Below are positions 26,401 through 35,321 of a stretch of 59,107 nucleotides of DNA, piece by piece. Below the pieces are notes generated by a model that was given only the letters and a program-made list of their open reading frames with translations, searched no databases and was not told the origin of the DNA. Source of the stretch: Nemertoderma westbladi (lineage: Eukaryota > Animalia > Xenacoelomorpha); assembly GCA_032718475.1 (NCBI GenBank), contig JAUCBJ010001236.1, positions 1-59,107 of the forward strand. Reading direction: 5' to 3'. The translations under genes were made by a program, and so were the position numbers. Position 1 is the first letter of the stretch; every line of letters begins with the position of its first letter.

Positions 26401-27483
26401 CTCAATGATCAAGGCACTTATAAGCAATATAATGAGAAATATAGTAAACTGATTCTTCATCAATTCAAAAAAACTAATTATGGTATTCATATAAAATTAC
26501 TCCAATTATACTTAAAATTAGGACTTCAAATAACACAGGTGCATAAAGTATACTCATTCACTCAAAAATACATATTCAGAGACTATATCTCGTTTAATAC
26601 ATCCAAACGACAATCTGCTAAAAATGCATTCGAAGTTTTATTTTATAAACTACTCAACAACTCACTCTATGGGAAAAGTCTTCAGAAGGTACGAGACCGG
26701 TTATCATTCCGACTCTGTACATCCCCAGAACAGTGCGACCTGCTATTATCAAAACCAAATCATGAGCGCTTCATCTCATTCTCCCCCTATCTCAGTGGTC
26801 ACACTTTTACTAAAGAAGTAGCAGTACTCAATCAAGCTGTATTTATTGGGGCAACCATCTTAGATCTTTCAAAGCTAGAGATGTATGATTACTATTACTG
26901 TAAACTGAAACCTCTCGAAGAAAAGCTGAGATGTGAAATTCGAGCCTTAGCTGGGGACACGGACAGTTTCTTTCTTTCGGTTACCGGTGTTGAGCACAAA
27001 ATATTCCTAGAAGCCATGTTTAACTCTGGCTTTCTAGACACTTCAAATTACGACCCCTCACACCCACTCTTTACAAATCAAAACAAGGCTTCCTTAGGTT
27101 TTTTGAAAGATGAAAGTAGAGGTCTATTATACAAATCATTTGTATTTTTGAAACCGAAAATGTATTCATTCGAGGCATACGACGCGCAACCAAAGCGGAC
27201 TTGCAAAGGAATTTCAAAAAATATTGTAGCCAAGCAATTAACACATAAACACTATTTAGACTGTTTTATCAACGAATCAACAGATTACACAAACAACACA
27301 ATATTTACTTCTAGGGAGCATCAAATGTTTACGGGGAGAATAAAAAAAAAAACATTAAGTCTCTGGGATACAAAATCATTCTGGATGACGAAATATTACA
27401 GTAGACCATATGGCCACTATATTACAGGATTAACTAAACCAGCAAAAAAAACTGTAATACCACCTTATTTAGTTGCAGAATAA
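23422..27483 (+). CDS. polB: Protein-primed family B DNA polymerase (pPolB) with N-terminal Zn fingers, TP/vOTU-like region and inserted endonuclease VII-like Zn module
   Basis: ExoI YADIES, ExoII HNLRHYD, ExoIII YLALDV, PolA DANNLYG, PolB KLLNNSLYGK, PolC GDTDS; CYTC...DHNHLTGAYRGAACVSCN. Confidence 0.97.
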   Translation: MPMSPKFVDCPVCNKNMRSDSLNKHLATHFKQYSCDCCGTWSSDKKTMVSHLALCTQGGTGFRFINEENTCKCGESFTLSAFKEHDCYTRLFSRKRKQSQTPLSPPPPPPPPNIQSPRVGPSTSRQQTGGSTNNPFLPSVNSSSHNRLFTYTNTLLTPQLDVELTLRENESYIWDRVSQHFNNEFNFIKVWLTISILMERETSEDTQLETFCFKSNASNNQITSNSDFENWFSQTIERIDELIAVFVCMGSGWNIVSIKEINLQISTFNRNPYLKGHGGGYIPKILAKKKCIINLDCPIGECFKYAVVAAACYKKIERNKQNISRLSTYTPYMTMFDFSTMSFPVDRVVGIPRFLETNPLYCINLLFWSTDNTLSILSQPDSEHCFQKTVLNLMFIEGNQNNPGHYCAIVNLNRLIKKQGQGTKSICERCLRAFYTINSLQTHRELCYSSKRQLEQMPTPDKLKIKFNRLDKTLSPPFCIYADIESVLEPTSNPKLVQKHIASAAAFYTVPNRELINPPQTSLQMFRDTGTNHVIDDFLTALESHCRELYEWTISGTNTNVPKHLTRAQQQNFDNATNCYTCNCSLTPDSHGLNLAENLNTKVCDHNHLTGAYRGAACVSCNRKLSLKRNKFYVVLHNLRHYDSHLILKEGLKNSSRTHWKINVIPKNTETYISIEISFPIDKTMQTANAKESIVINLLDSLQFMTASLDKLSSYLTANNSDLTKAIPHTLKQMKNLYPNISDSTIKNKGIFPYSYIQSITNLYETQLPPIESFYNDLQLEDCSEHNYQRAQTSWVELQCQNIFDYMMGYLALDVTLLADTFQQFRELCFSNYGLDPLHYYTSPGLTYDAALKFTNSEIELLSDGTIYADFENNIRGGLVFLNTHLEEANIPGKPEYNPCKPEKYLIPLDANNLYGSALSQKLPCSNMKIVDTPIDLATVDATGSVGYYCIVDLEYPREIHNETADLPLGAEKMSIPKSFLSTYMQDLWQHYNLNDQGTYKQYNEKYSKLILHQFKKTNYGIHIKLLQLYLKLGLQITQVHKVYSFTQKYIFRDYISFNTSKRQSAKNAFEVLFYKLLNNSLYGKSLQKVRDRLSFRLCTSPEQCDLLLSKPNHERFISFSPYLSGHTFTKEVAVLNQAVFIGATILDLSKLEMYDYYYCKLKPLEEKLRCEIRALAGDTDSFFLSVTGVEHKIFLEAMFNSGFLDTSNYDPSHPLFTNQNKASLGFLKDESRGLLYKSFVFLKPKMYSFEAYDAQPKRTCKGISKNIVAKQLTHKHYLDCFINESTDYTNNTIFTSREHQMFTGRIKKKTLSLWDTKSFWMTKYYSRPYGHYITGLTKPAKKTVIPPYLVAE

Positions 27484-27484
27484 A

Positions 27485-28009
27485 ATGCCATACAAAGCAA
27501 GCAGCGGATCAACACCAATTCAAATAATCAATCGTCAATATACAGCTCAAACTGAATTTCCAATTGATATAATCAAAGTTTCTCAACAACTAAAAGGTCA
27601 GATGCGACAAAAACCAAAAATGTTTGTGTATAAGACTGGATCTGCGACAATTATGCTATTCCCAACTGGTTCAATAACAATAGTGGGTCCATGTAAAAAT
27701 ATTTGTAATGATTTACTTTATCTGAAACAATGTACCAACATACTAATTAAGAAAATTAAATTAAATACAGTGACCAGACTAATTAAGTTACCATCTCTTA
27801 ATTTTAAATCATTAAGTAAAAAGTGTGGACATCATTTTGTAAACAATGTAAAGGTATATATTGATTTTACGCCGGAGCTCTTTTGTGGAATTCGGTTGTA
27901 TATTGGGCGATGTTATTTCAGTGTCTTTCACTCGATGAAAGTTATAAGTATGTGTCCTGTTGGTGATTTTGAAGAAGCTCTCATTATATTATTTAGTTTA
28001 TTGAATTAA
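27485..28009 (+). CDS. TATA-binding-protein-like protein (174 aa)
   Basis: Two TBP-like half repeats: ATIMLFPTGSITIVG resembles TALIFSSGKMVCTG; FTPELFCGI resembles YEPELFPGL; SVFHSMKVI resembles LIFVSGKVV; size matches the TBP core. Confidence 0.75.
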   Translation: MPYKASSGSTPIQIINRQYTAQTEFPIDIIKVSQQLKGQMRQKPKMFVYKTGSATIMLFPTGSITIVGPCKNICNDLLYLKQCTNILIKKIKLNTVTRLIKLPSLNFKSLSKKCGHHFVNNVKVYIDFTPELFCGIRLYIGRCYFSVFHSMKVISMCPVGDFEEALIILFSLLN

Positions 28010-28020
28010 TAAGTAAAATT

Positions 28021-28283
28021 ATCTCTCAATATACTACACGTCATTATACTGTATGAGCGGTTTTATATATTTATGTGATTATATTATCTCTCAATATACT
28101 ACATGTCATTATACTGTATGTGCGGTTTTATATATTTATGTGATTATATTATCTCTCCATATACTACATGTCATTATACTGTATGTGCGGTTTTATATAT
28201 TTATGTGATTATATTATCTCTCAATATACTACATGTTATTATACTGTATGTGCGGTTTTATATATTTATGTGATTATACTGCA
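28021..28283. repeat. 65-bp tandem repeat x4 between the replication and structural blocks
   Basis: atctctcaatatactacatgtcattatactgtatgtgcggttttatatatttatgtgattatatt at 28021, 28086, 28151, 28216. Confidence 0.93.
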
Positions 28284-28636
28284 TGTGGTTCTATATATTC
28301 ATGTAACATATAGTTTTATTAAATTTATGTAAAAAATATATTGAATTATATTATTAATAACATCTTACCTTGAGAACAAGTAATGGGGACCCACCTCTCC
28401 TCACCAAACCACTCCCAAAAAATCCGTAAGGCCAAGGTTTACTGCGCTTGTTCTCCATTGAGTGATTAGTTGTTAAACTGGTGAATTCATTATATAAATT
28501 TAAATATTTACTAAAGCCGCTAGATGGCATGCATTTGTGACACGAACATTAGTTTCATATTATACTGTATAAACGTTAAAATTCAATTATTATTTTAATA
28601 AATATAATAATAATTGTGTTATAAAAGGAAAACACG

Positions 28637-29263
28637 ATGGATATAGTAGATATGCGGTTTCGTTTTGGAAGTACAATATTAATAGCCGGTCCTAGTGGTA
28701 GTGGAAAAACTTCTTTCTTGGAGAAAATGTTATTAAATAGGAAATTGATCTTTAACGAAACTCCAAACAGTATTACTTGGTTTTATGGACAGACGAAACC
28801 AATAATTAAAGGGGTTAATATTACCGCTTTAAATGAAATTCCAGAACACTTTAATGAAAATGTGAAAAACCATTCTATCATTATAATCGACGATTTGATG
28901 ACAGAACTACAAAATTCCAAACAAGCGACTACGCTATTTACTAAAGTAGCTCGACATACAAATTCATTGGTAATTTTTCTCACTCAAAACCTTTATCAAA
29001 AAGGAGGAGAATCTAGGACCCGGTCCATTAATTCCACTTATTTCTTATTGTTCAAAAATCCGAGGGATCAGACACAGATAAGAACTTTAGCCTATCAGAT
29101 GAAACCAAATACACCCAAATTCTTAATCGCGGCATTTCAAGACGCAACAAAGGTTCCCTTTAACCCACTTCTTATTGATTTTCATCAATTAACGAATGAT
29201 AGCCTACGCATACGTGGTTATTTATTTACAAATGAACATTGTGTTTATCAACCCGTGTCGTAA
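28637..29263 (+). CDS. FtsK/A32-like genome packaging ATPase
   Basis: Walker A GPSGSGKT, Walker B IIIIDD, ARH and TQN motifs, FKNPRD. Confidence 0.93.
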   Translation: MDIVDMRFRFGSTILIAGPSGSGKTSFLEKMLLNRKLIFNETPNSITWFYGQTKPIIKGVNITALNEIPEHFNENVKNHSIIIIDDLMTELQNSKQATTLFTKVARHTNSLVIFLTQNLYQKGGESRTRSINSTYFLLFKNPRDQTQIRTLAYQMKPNTPKFLIAAFQDATKVPFNPLLIDFHQLTNDSLRIRGYLFTNEHCVYQPVS

Positions 29264-29276
29264 TATACGTAGAAGA

Positions 29277-29414
29277 ATGCTTCTATTAGCAATTGTCTGT
29301 TATTTAGTTATATTATACTTATTTGTGGTTTATCATCGACAAAGGTTTCTTAAATTTCTTAATATTATAGAACAAGTATGGAACTTAATATACGAAAGTA
29401 TAGGAAAGAACTAG
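29277..29414 (+). CDS. Small putative membrane protein (45 aa)
   Basis: MLLLAIVCYLVILYLFVVY hydrophobic helix then basic residues; fills the gap between ATPase and the next ORF. Confidence 0.5.
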   Translation: MLLLAIVCYLVILYLFVVYHRQRFLKFLNIIEQVWNLIYESIGKN

Positions 29415-29719
29415 AATTTTTGAAAAATAGCAACGCATTAGCGCGAGGGGCATTTATTCGAAAAAAGGCTAGTAGCGAATTAATACGACTTCTCGTTAAT
29501 ATTACACTGAATACGCTCTATGGGAATATAAATATTGATGGAAAGATTGTTAAAAAATTGAAGCCATATAAGAAATATATGAGACGATTGAAATCAAAAA
29601 ATTCAGTTTCACTTCAAAGACGTTCTCTCTCTCAGGCTGGGGGGTTCCTTCCACTTATTTTGCCACTGTTGATAGGCGCCACAAACATTGCCACAACTGT
29701 TGCCACAGCGTTAACATAG
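29378..29719 (+). CDS. Basic virion protein with adenovirus pX-like C-terminus
   Basis: QAGGFLPLILPLLIGA resembles adenoviral pX GG-ILPLLIPLIAAAIGA; Lys/Arg-rich. Confidence 0.75.
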   Translation: MELNIRKYRKELEFLKNSNALARGAFIRKKASSELIRLLVNITLNTLYGNINIDGKIVKKLKPYKKYMRRLKSKNSVSLQRRSLSQAGGFLPLILPLLIGATNIATTVATALT

Positions 29720-29721
29720 CC

Positions 29722-29904
29722 ATGTCATTCAAGAAACTATATTTAATAACCCCCGAACAACATGCTAGGTTGCAACCAACACAGTTGAAAACTAAACCTT
29801 TAATTAAAGAAACAAAGAAAAAAGCTCAAAATAAACGGACAATAAACGATAGAAGAAAAGTGTTGAAACTGTTTGATTATACGCGCCGCAAATCGCGAAA
29901 ATAA
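29722..29904 (+). CDS. Small basic protein (60 aa)
   Basis: gccATG context, tight packing with neighbours, strongly basic. Confidence 0.55.
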   Translation: MSFKKLYLITPEQHARLQPTQLKTKPLIKETKKKAQNKRTINDRRKVLKLFDYTRRKSRK

Positions 29905-29991
29905 TGTCTTGGTTAAAAAAACTTTCAGTAACTTGCAATTTTCGTTGTCTATGCAATTCTAGCAGTGTTACCTATGGTTATGATCAACAAG

Positions 29992-31044
29992 ATGGTAGAA
30001 AAACGCTTAGCCAAAGCTTACTACAATCCTTCAAGTGTTGCAGGGTTTTCCACTGTAGGAAAGCTAGCAAAAGAGACGGGAGTCAATCCAAAACTCGTGA
30101 AAAGATGGCTTCAAAGTCAGCCGACCTACACATTGCATGCCCCAGCGAGGCGTCTGTTTCCCACAAGCCGAATGTATTTTTATGGAATTAGTGACACCAT
30201 TCAGGCAGATTTAATAGATATGCAAAAATATCGCGCAACAAACTCAGGTTATGGATATATTCTAACCGCAATCAACTGTTTTAGTAAGAAGGGATGGGCA
30301 TTACCATTGAAACGGAAGACTGGTATTGAAATTAAACATGCACTACAGTCTATTTTTACTGAAGAAGTACCACGTAATTTATGTACAGATCAAGGGTTGG
30401 AATTCGACAATAAAGTTGTACTCAATTACTTGAAAATGAAAAAAGTTAAATATTATACAACATGATCGCAGTTCAAAGCAGCCATTTGCGAAAGGTATAA
30501 TAGAACGATAAAGACAAAGATGTATAAAATTTTTAGTAGAAGAGGTAACCATAAGTGGCTTGCTATTCTACCAAAAATTGTATACTCTTATAATAATTCT
30601 TTACATAGTTCTAATGGAATGCCCCCAATTCAAGTCAATAAGTTGAATGAAGATAACGTGAGAAGAAACCTCTATGGAAATTTAGCTAAAATCATTGTAA
30701 CAAAACCCAAATTGAGAATAGGTGACAATGTGCGACTTAATATAGCTAAAACGGCGTTTGAAAAAGGTTATACAAAAAATTGGACCGGAGAGGTGTTTAC
30801 TGTAAAACGTATAAGACTAGATCGTTTTCCTCAGCCTATGTATCATATAATAGATTCAGTTGATAGAGAAATAGAAGGAACATTTTACCCTCACGAATTG
30901 CAAAAGGTTACACAAACAACTGATATTCAGCCAATCGAGTCCATTTTGAAGTCTCGAATAAAAAACGGTCGGAAGGAATTCCTTGTAAAATTTAAAAACT
31001 ATAAACGGAACTCTTGGTTGAGCGAGTCTCAACTACGTAAATAA
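29992..31044 (+). pseudogene. int: Retroviral-like (rve) integrase with C-terminal chromodomain, interrupted by one in-frame TGA (30463-30465)
   Basis: YYNP, YTLH, QADLIDM, TDQGLEF, then *SQFKAAICERYNRTIK in the same frame; chromodomain IESILKSR...EFLVKFKNY...NSW. Confidence 0.92.
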
Positions 31045-31053
31045 ATCAACAAA

Positions 31054-31881
31054 ATGAATAACTATATAACTTTATTCTCAAATGGACCTACAAACAAATT
31101 TCCTGATAACACCCTTTCGAAATTTACGGTTGATCTACCATATACAATCAATCTCAGTGGTGATGTAGAAGTGGGACTATCTGAAATTCAATACTGTTCC
31201 TCATTCTATAATATACCTCAACAATCTCTGTTTACAATTTATTATGGAGATAGGACATCGCAAGTTGTTATATTTGAACCAGGACTATATACGAGTGTAG
31301 AAGCCATTATTAATAAAATCAATCAACAAATTGATCACCCGAAGTGGCCCCAAATTCAATTTTTCAAATACTCAAATAAAATCGAGCTCGCTACTTCGCA
31401 ACACTTTTCTTTTGAAATTACTGGAGATTTGATTACAATACTTGGTTTTGAGGAGTTTACGCAGGATTATGATCCGAGGGATGTACCTTATCTAGCTAAT
31501 TGGTATGATTATTGGAGTGTAAATGTTAGTGAATTTGGTTCTTTAACATTCAAACAGCAACCGGGCCAGCGTGCTCAATTTAGAGGGATTTGTCCCTTTT
31601 CTTGCGATTTAGTCTTGGGGCGACATAATTTGTTTATCTATAGTGACATTACTTCTCATGTGACTGTAGGAAATACGACGGCACCGTTATTACGCACGGT
31701 ACCTCTCGAACTTGAGCATAATAAAGTTATAACGCGCGAATTTAAAAAAATTTATTACAGACCAGTTGCTAGAACAATTGTTAATCAGATAAATATTGAA
31801 TTACGCAACGAAAAAGGAGAACTAATATTATTTAATGGAGGTGCAACAATAATTACCCTACACTTAAAAAGTAAGCCATAA
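31054..31881 (+). CDS. Minor capsid protein (penton) 1
   Basis: YITLFSN...FPDNTLSKFTVDLP...VEVGLSEIQY...FIYSDI...VGNTTAPLLRTV...ITLHLK, typical Polinton penton motifs. Confidence 0.82.
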   Translation: MNNYITLFSNGPTNKFPDNTLSKFTVDLPYTINLSGDVEVGLSEIQYCSSFYNIPQQSLFTIYYGDRTSQVVIFEPGLYTSVEAIINKINQQIDHPKWPQIQFFKYSNKIELATSQHFSFEITGDLITILGFEEFTQDYDPRDVPYLANWYDYWSVNVSEFGSLTFKQQPGQRAQFRGICPFSCDLVLGRHNLFIYSDITSHVTVGNTTAPLLRTVPLELEHNKVITREFKKIYYRPVARTIVNQINIELRNEKGELILFNGGATIITLHLKSKP

Positions 31882-32675
31882 TGGAGAAAATATTATATTT
31901 ACCCTCAAATTCTTCACCTAAACGATTTCCGTTAAACCAACCTTCTAACTTTAATGTGGAACTATCTGAACCATTGCGTTTTAGTGGAAAGTGGATGGTG
32001 GGTCTGTCAGAAATTGTTTACCTCTCCTCGGTTCATAATTTAGAAGATACATTCATTTATATTCGGAGTTTACAAGGAACTAAAAGAAAATATATAATAC
32101 CATCTGGTTGTTATACTAATGTGGAGGCGTTGCTTACACAGCTAAATATAGATGGTCTCAATTCCCATTTAGAAATAAGACAAAATGAGCTTTATGACAA
32201 CATTAGTATTCAGTTTATCGACGAAAGTAAAGTTGTTCGTTTTTATGGAAATAAGTTGATTGAGTTACTTGGATTGCGGGGATTAGAAAATGAGTATTAT
32301 GTTAATAAAAATAAATTTCTTGTTAGCTTAAAAAATGATTATCTACAAATAACACGAAGGGGGGAAATAGAGGGTGATTCTGATATATTACATATTCAAA
32401 AAGCAACAAATGTTTTTATGGGAAACATTAGTATATTTTCAAATATTTGCGGAAATGAGATTGTTGGAAATCAACTGAAACCCCTCTTAAGATCTATTCC
32501 TTATCAAGGAGATTATGGTAAGCTTGTTCATCATGAATTCACAAATATTAATTATAAATCCATTGATATGCAAAATATAGAAACAATAAATATACAGTTA
32601 AAAAATGATCGAGATGAATTCATAAAGTTTAATAATGGTACTGTAGTTGCGACATTAATTTTGAAACGCCAATAA
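31881..32675 (+). CDS. Minor capsid protein (penton) 2, paralog
   Basis: LYLPSNSS...FPLNQPSNFNVEL...WMVGLSEIVY...VGNQLKPLLRSI; TAATG overlap with penton 1. Confidence 0.82.
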   Translation: MEKILYLPSNSSPKRFPLNQPSNFNVELSEPLRFSGKWMVGLSEIVYLSSVHNLEDTFIYIRSLQGTKRKYIIPSGCYTNVEALLTQLNIDGLNSHLEIRQNELYDNISIQFIDESKVVRFYGNKLIELLGLRGLENEYYVNKNKFLVSLKNDYLQITRRGEIEGDSDILHIQKATNVFMGNISIFSNICGNEIVGNQLKPLLRSIPYQGDYGKLVHHEFTNINYKSIDMQNIETINIQLKNDRDEFIKFNNGTVVATLILKRQ

Positions 32676-32706
32676 ACGATAAATAAGGAAATATATTTAG
32701 GAAGCA

Positions 32707-33282
32707 ATGAGTTATAAAGATTATTATCAAAGGAGTTTGTAGAAAACATTACAGAGAACACTTTATAAGGTTATTCGCGGCGGTGTTAAAAATAAACAGA
32801 CTGGGAGGATGAAGGGTCTCAGCTCAGAAATTGTTACACCCCCTTCCATAATGAGGCAACGATTACAATTATTAGAATGGAAACCAAAGGTGGGGGGAGG
32901 ACTACCTTATTTTGAGGGGGGATATAGACATCGACACATGAACAGTCGCACAGTTTTTGTGAGACACGGTCAACGAGGTAAAGGTATCCTTGGAAATATT
33001 ATTCGGATTGCAACCAAAGTAGTGCCCAAAGTTATTAAGCCCGTCGCGCGAGCAGCAATTCGCAAAAGTGCTCCTTTTGTAAAAAAGACAGGGAGAAAAA
33101 TTGTCAAACGAGTAATTCGTCGGGGAATTCCACAACTTAAAAAGATTGGAAAGAAATTAGCAGAACAGGCTCTCGCCAGCTCAAAACCTTCCACTAAACG
33201 AGTAGCTCATAAAATTATTGAAGAAGTTTTAAATGCTGCTGATGGGAGGTCAATAAACGAAACTCGCAAAAAACGCAAATAA
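32707..33282 (+). CDS. Basic core/membrane-lytic virion protein; probable true start 32707 with in-frame TAG at 32740-32742
   Basis: MSYKDYYQRSL*KTLQR...IRGG...VGGGLPYFEG...QRGKGILGNIIRIATKVV amphipathic basic helix; same frame as ORF 32809-33282. Confidence 0.7.
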
Positions 33283-33329
33283 AAAAAGAATCACTGTCCA
33301 GATATTTTTGGTTAAACTAAATAATAACA

Positions 33330-34580
33330 ATGGAAGAAACCACGGAAGCACTAAATTTATTTAATCGCAGTGATGTTCAGACTGTAATTGAAGAAAGTTT
33401 TGAGCAGGAAATATACCCTGTGACTACATTGGGAGAGGGCACATCAGTTATAGATTTCATGATTGAAAAGTCAGAAGATTACTATACGATAGGAAATGAA
33501 ACAACACTACAATTAGTATATCGTGTTGTAACAACAACACGACCTGACAATGGCGCAGTTTATCAAACACCACTAAGCCTCTCTACTCTATTTTCAAACA
33601 TTAGTGTTTTGATTAATGAGCGGGAGGTAGAGTCTAATACTGCAAACTATCCCTATAAAGCTTTCCTAAAAGCGATCTTACTTAATGATCAGAGTACAAA
33701 AGAAACGATTTTAGCTGCCGAAGGGTTTGCAGAACAAGAAGCATTTGGTGTTCCTGTAGACTTTGCTGCAGCTGCTCATTTGGAAAGTAGACCATATTAT
33801 GTTCAGGGGTCTCTATTTGTTGACCTTTTTGAACAGGCTAAATTTATCCCACCCAAAACTAGTATAAGAATTAGATTAACAAGAGCTACAAATGCGTTTA
33901 ACTTAGTATGTATTGCAGCTGTACAAGAGCCTCGAATCAATATATCGAATGCTTTGTTGAAAATTAAACGAGTAAAATTGGATCCATATATACGTCAACA
34001 ACATATAGAACAATTAAAAATAGGAGATTATATTTATCCAATGATACAGAATGAGGTGACAACCTTTACTATAGCAAATGGTCAACAATCTCATGTGAGG
34101 GAAAATTTGTTTACAAGCAAGAATGTACCTCGCTTTGTTAATATTGTCATGGTTCGAAATGACTCTTACAATGGAAACTTAAGATCTAATTCACTATTGT
34201 TTGATCACTTTAATGTGAATTACTTACAACTTACGTTGGATGGTAAGGTAATTGGAGGTGTGACATATAAACCAAATTTTGCTAATGGACAATATATTAA
34301 TGAGTATTGCGCCAGCCAAAAAAACCTTCTATCTATAACCAGAGGTACAAACAACGGCATTACTCCCACTAGATTTCGTGATTTATATCCAATATTTTCT
34401 TGGAATTTATCTCCCACGGGATTTCTTGATGAAGACGAACGAAACCCACATCAAATAGGCAATGCTAGATTAGAGATTGCTTTCTCAGCTCCTTTACAAA
34501 ATACAATTAACGTTATTATGTGGGTGGGATATGATAGAACTGTCAATATCAGCAATGTTGGATCCGTAACTATTTTCTAG
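33330..34580 (+). CDS. Major capsid protein (double jelly-roll)
   Basis: 416 aa, beta-rich; LNLF...QTVIE...EIYP...IDFMI N-terminus, NYPYKAF, GNARLEIAFS C-terminus; position beside the protease. Confidence 0.85.
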   Translation: MEETTEALNLFNRSDVQTVIEESFEQEIYPVTTLGEGTSVIDFMIEKSEDYYTIGNETTLQLVYRVVTTTRPDNGAVYQTPLSLSTLFSNISVLINEREVESNTANYPYKAFLKAILLNDQSTKETILAAEGFAEQEAFGVPVDFAAAAHLESRPYYVQGSLFVDLFEQAKFIPPKTSIRIRLTRATNAFNLVCIAAVQEPRINISNALLKIKRVKLDPYIRQQHIEQLKIGDYIYPMIQNEVTTFTIANGQQSHVRENLFTSKNVPRFVNIVMVRNDSYNGNLRSNSLLFDHFNVNYLQLTLDGKVIGGVTYKPNFANGQYINEYCASQKNLLSITRGTNNGITPTRFRDLYPIFSWNLSPTGFLDEDERNPHQIGNARLEIAFSAPLQNTINVIMWVGYDRTVNISNVGSVTIF

Positions 34581-34590
34581 AAAGAAAAAC

Positions 34591-35019
34591 ATGTTGAACT
34601 CATATGATTTGAATAATTTCCCTATAGGAAAACATTATCGTGGTTCTTTCGCCATTGATCAATTACCAGCAAAGGATGGCTCTAAAATGAGCTTCATTTC
34701 AAATACTCAAGCCGCTCATTTACCTGGTATGCATTGGGTTGCTGTTTTTATGAATGAAAATATAGGTGAATACTTTGATTCATTTGGAGTGTTCCCCCCG
34801 GCTCGTATAGAAGACTGGTTGTTGCGTAATACAATAAAATGGACAAGGACACGAAAAGTGGTTCAACACCCTCTAAGGACGAGTTGTGGGGGATACTGTT
34901 TATATTACTTATCTGAACGATCAAAAACTGACACGCCTCTACGCAAGTTTGGAACAGACTTGAAACAAAATGAAAAGATACTTGCATGTTGGTTACGGAA
35001 CAAAGCCATAATGAATTGA
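34591..35019 (+). CDS. Adenain/Ulp1-like cysteine maturation protease
   Basis: NT...PGMHWVAV, EYFDSFG, Q...SCGGYC (His-Asp-Gln-Cys). Confidence 0.93.
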   Translation: MLNSYDLNNFPIGKHYRGSFAIDQLPAKDGSKMSFISNTQAAHLPGMHWVAVFMNENIGEYFDSFGVFPPARIEDWLLRNTIKWTRTRKVVQHPLRTSCGGYCLYYLSERSKTDTPLRKFGTDLKQNEKILACWLRNKAIMN

Positions 35020-35321
35020 TATTATTAGTTGTGTTACAATGTGTTATATCTTATGTGTTACAATGTGTTATATCTTAAATGTTACTCTGCTATATGTATA
35101 TGTATATGTGTTATGTTATAAATATATATTTCAATGTTGCTATATTAAAAATAAGAAAATAGTCGACTATATTTCATTTTTCTTTTTCAACTTTGGATAA
35201 ATAATATAGGGGTTAAACAAAGAACATCAAAACAGTTAAACAGTTACATTTAACATTTAGACAGTAAACAGTAACAGTAAACATTTACATGACCAGTTAC
35301 AATAGACAAGTAACATAAAGT

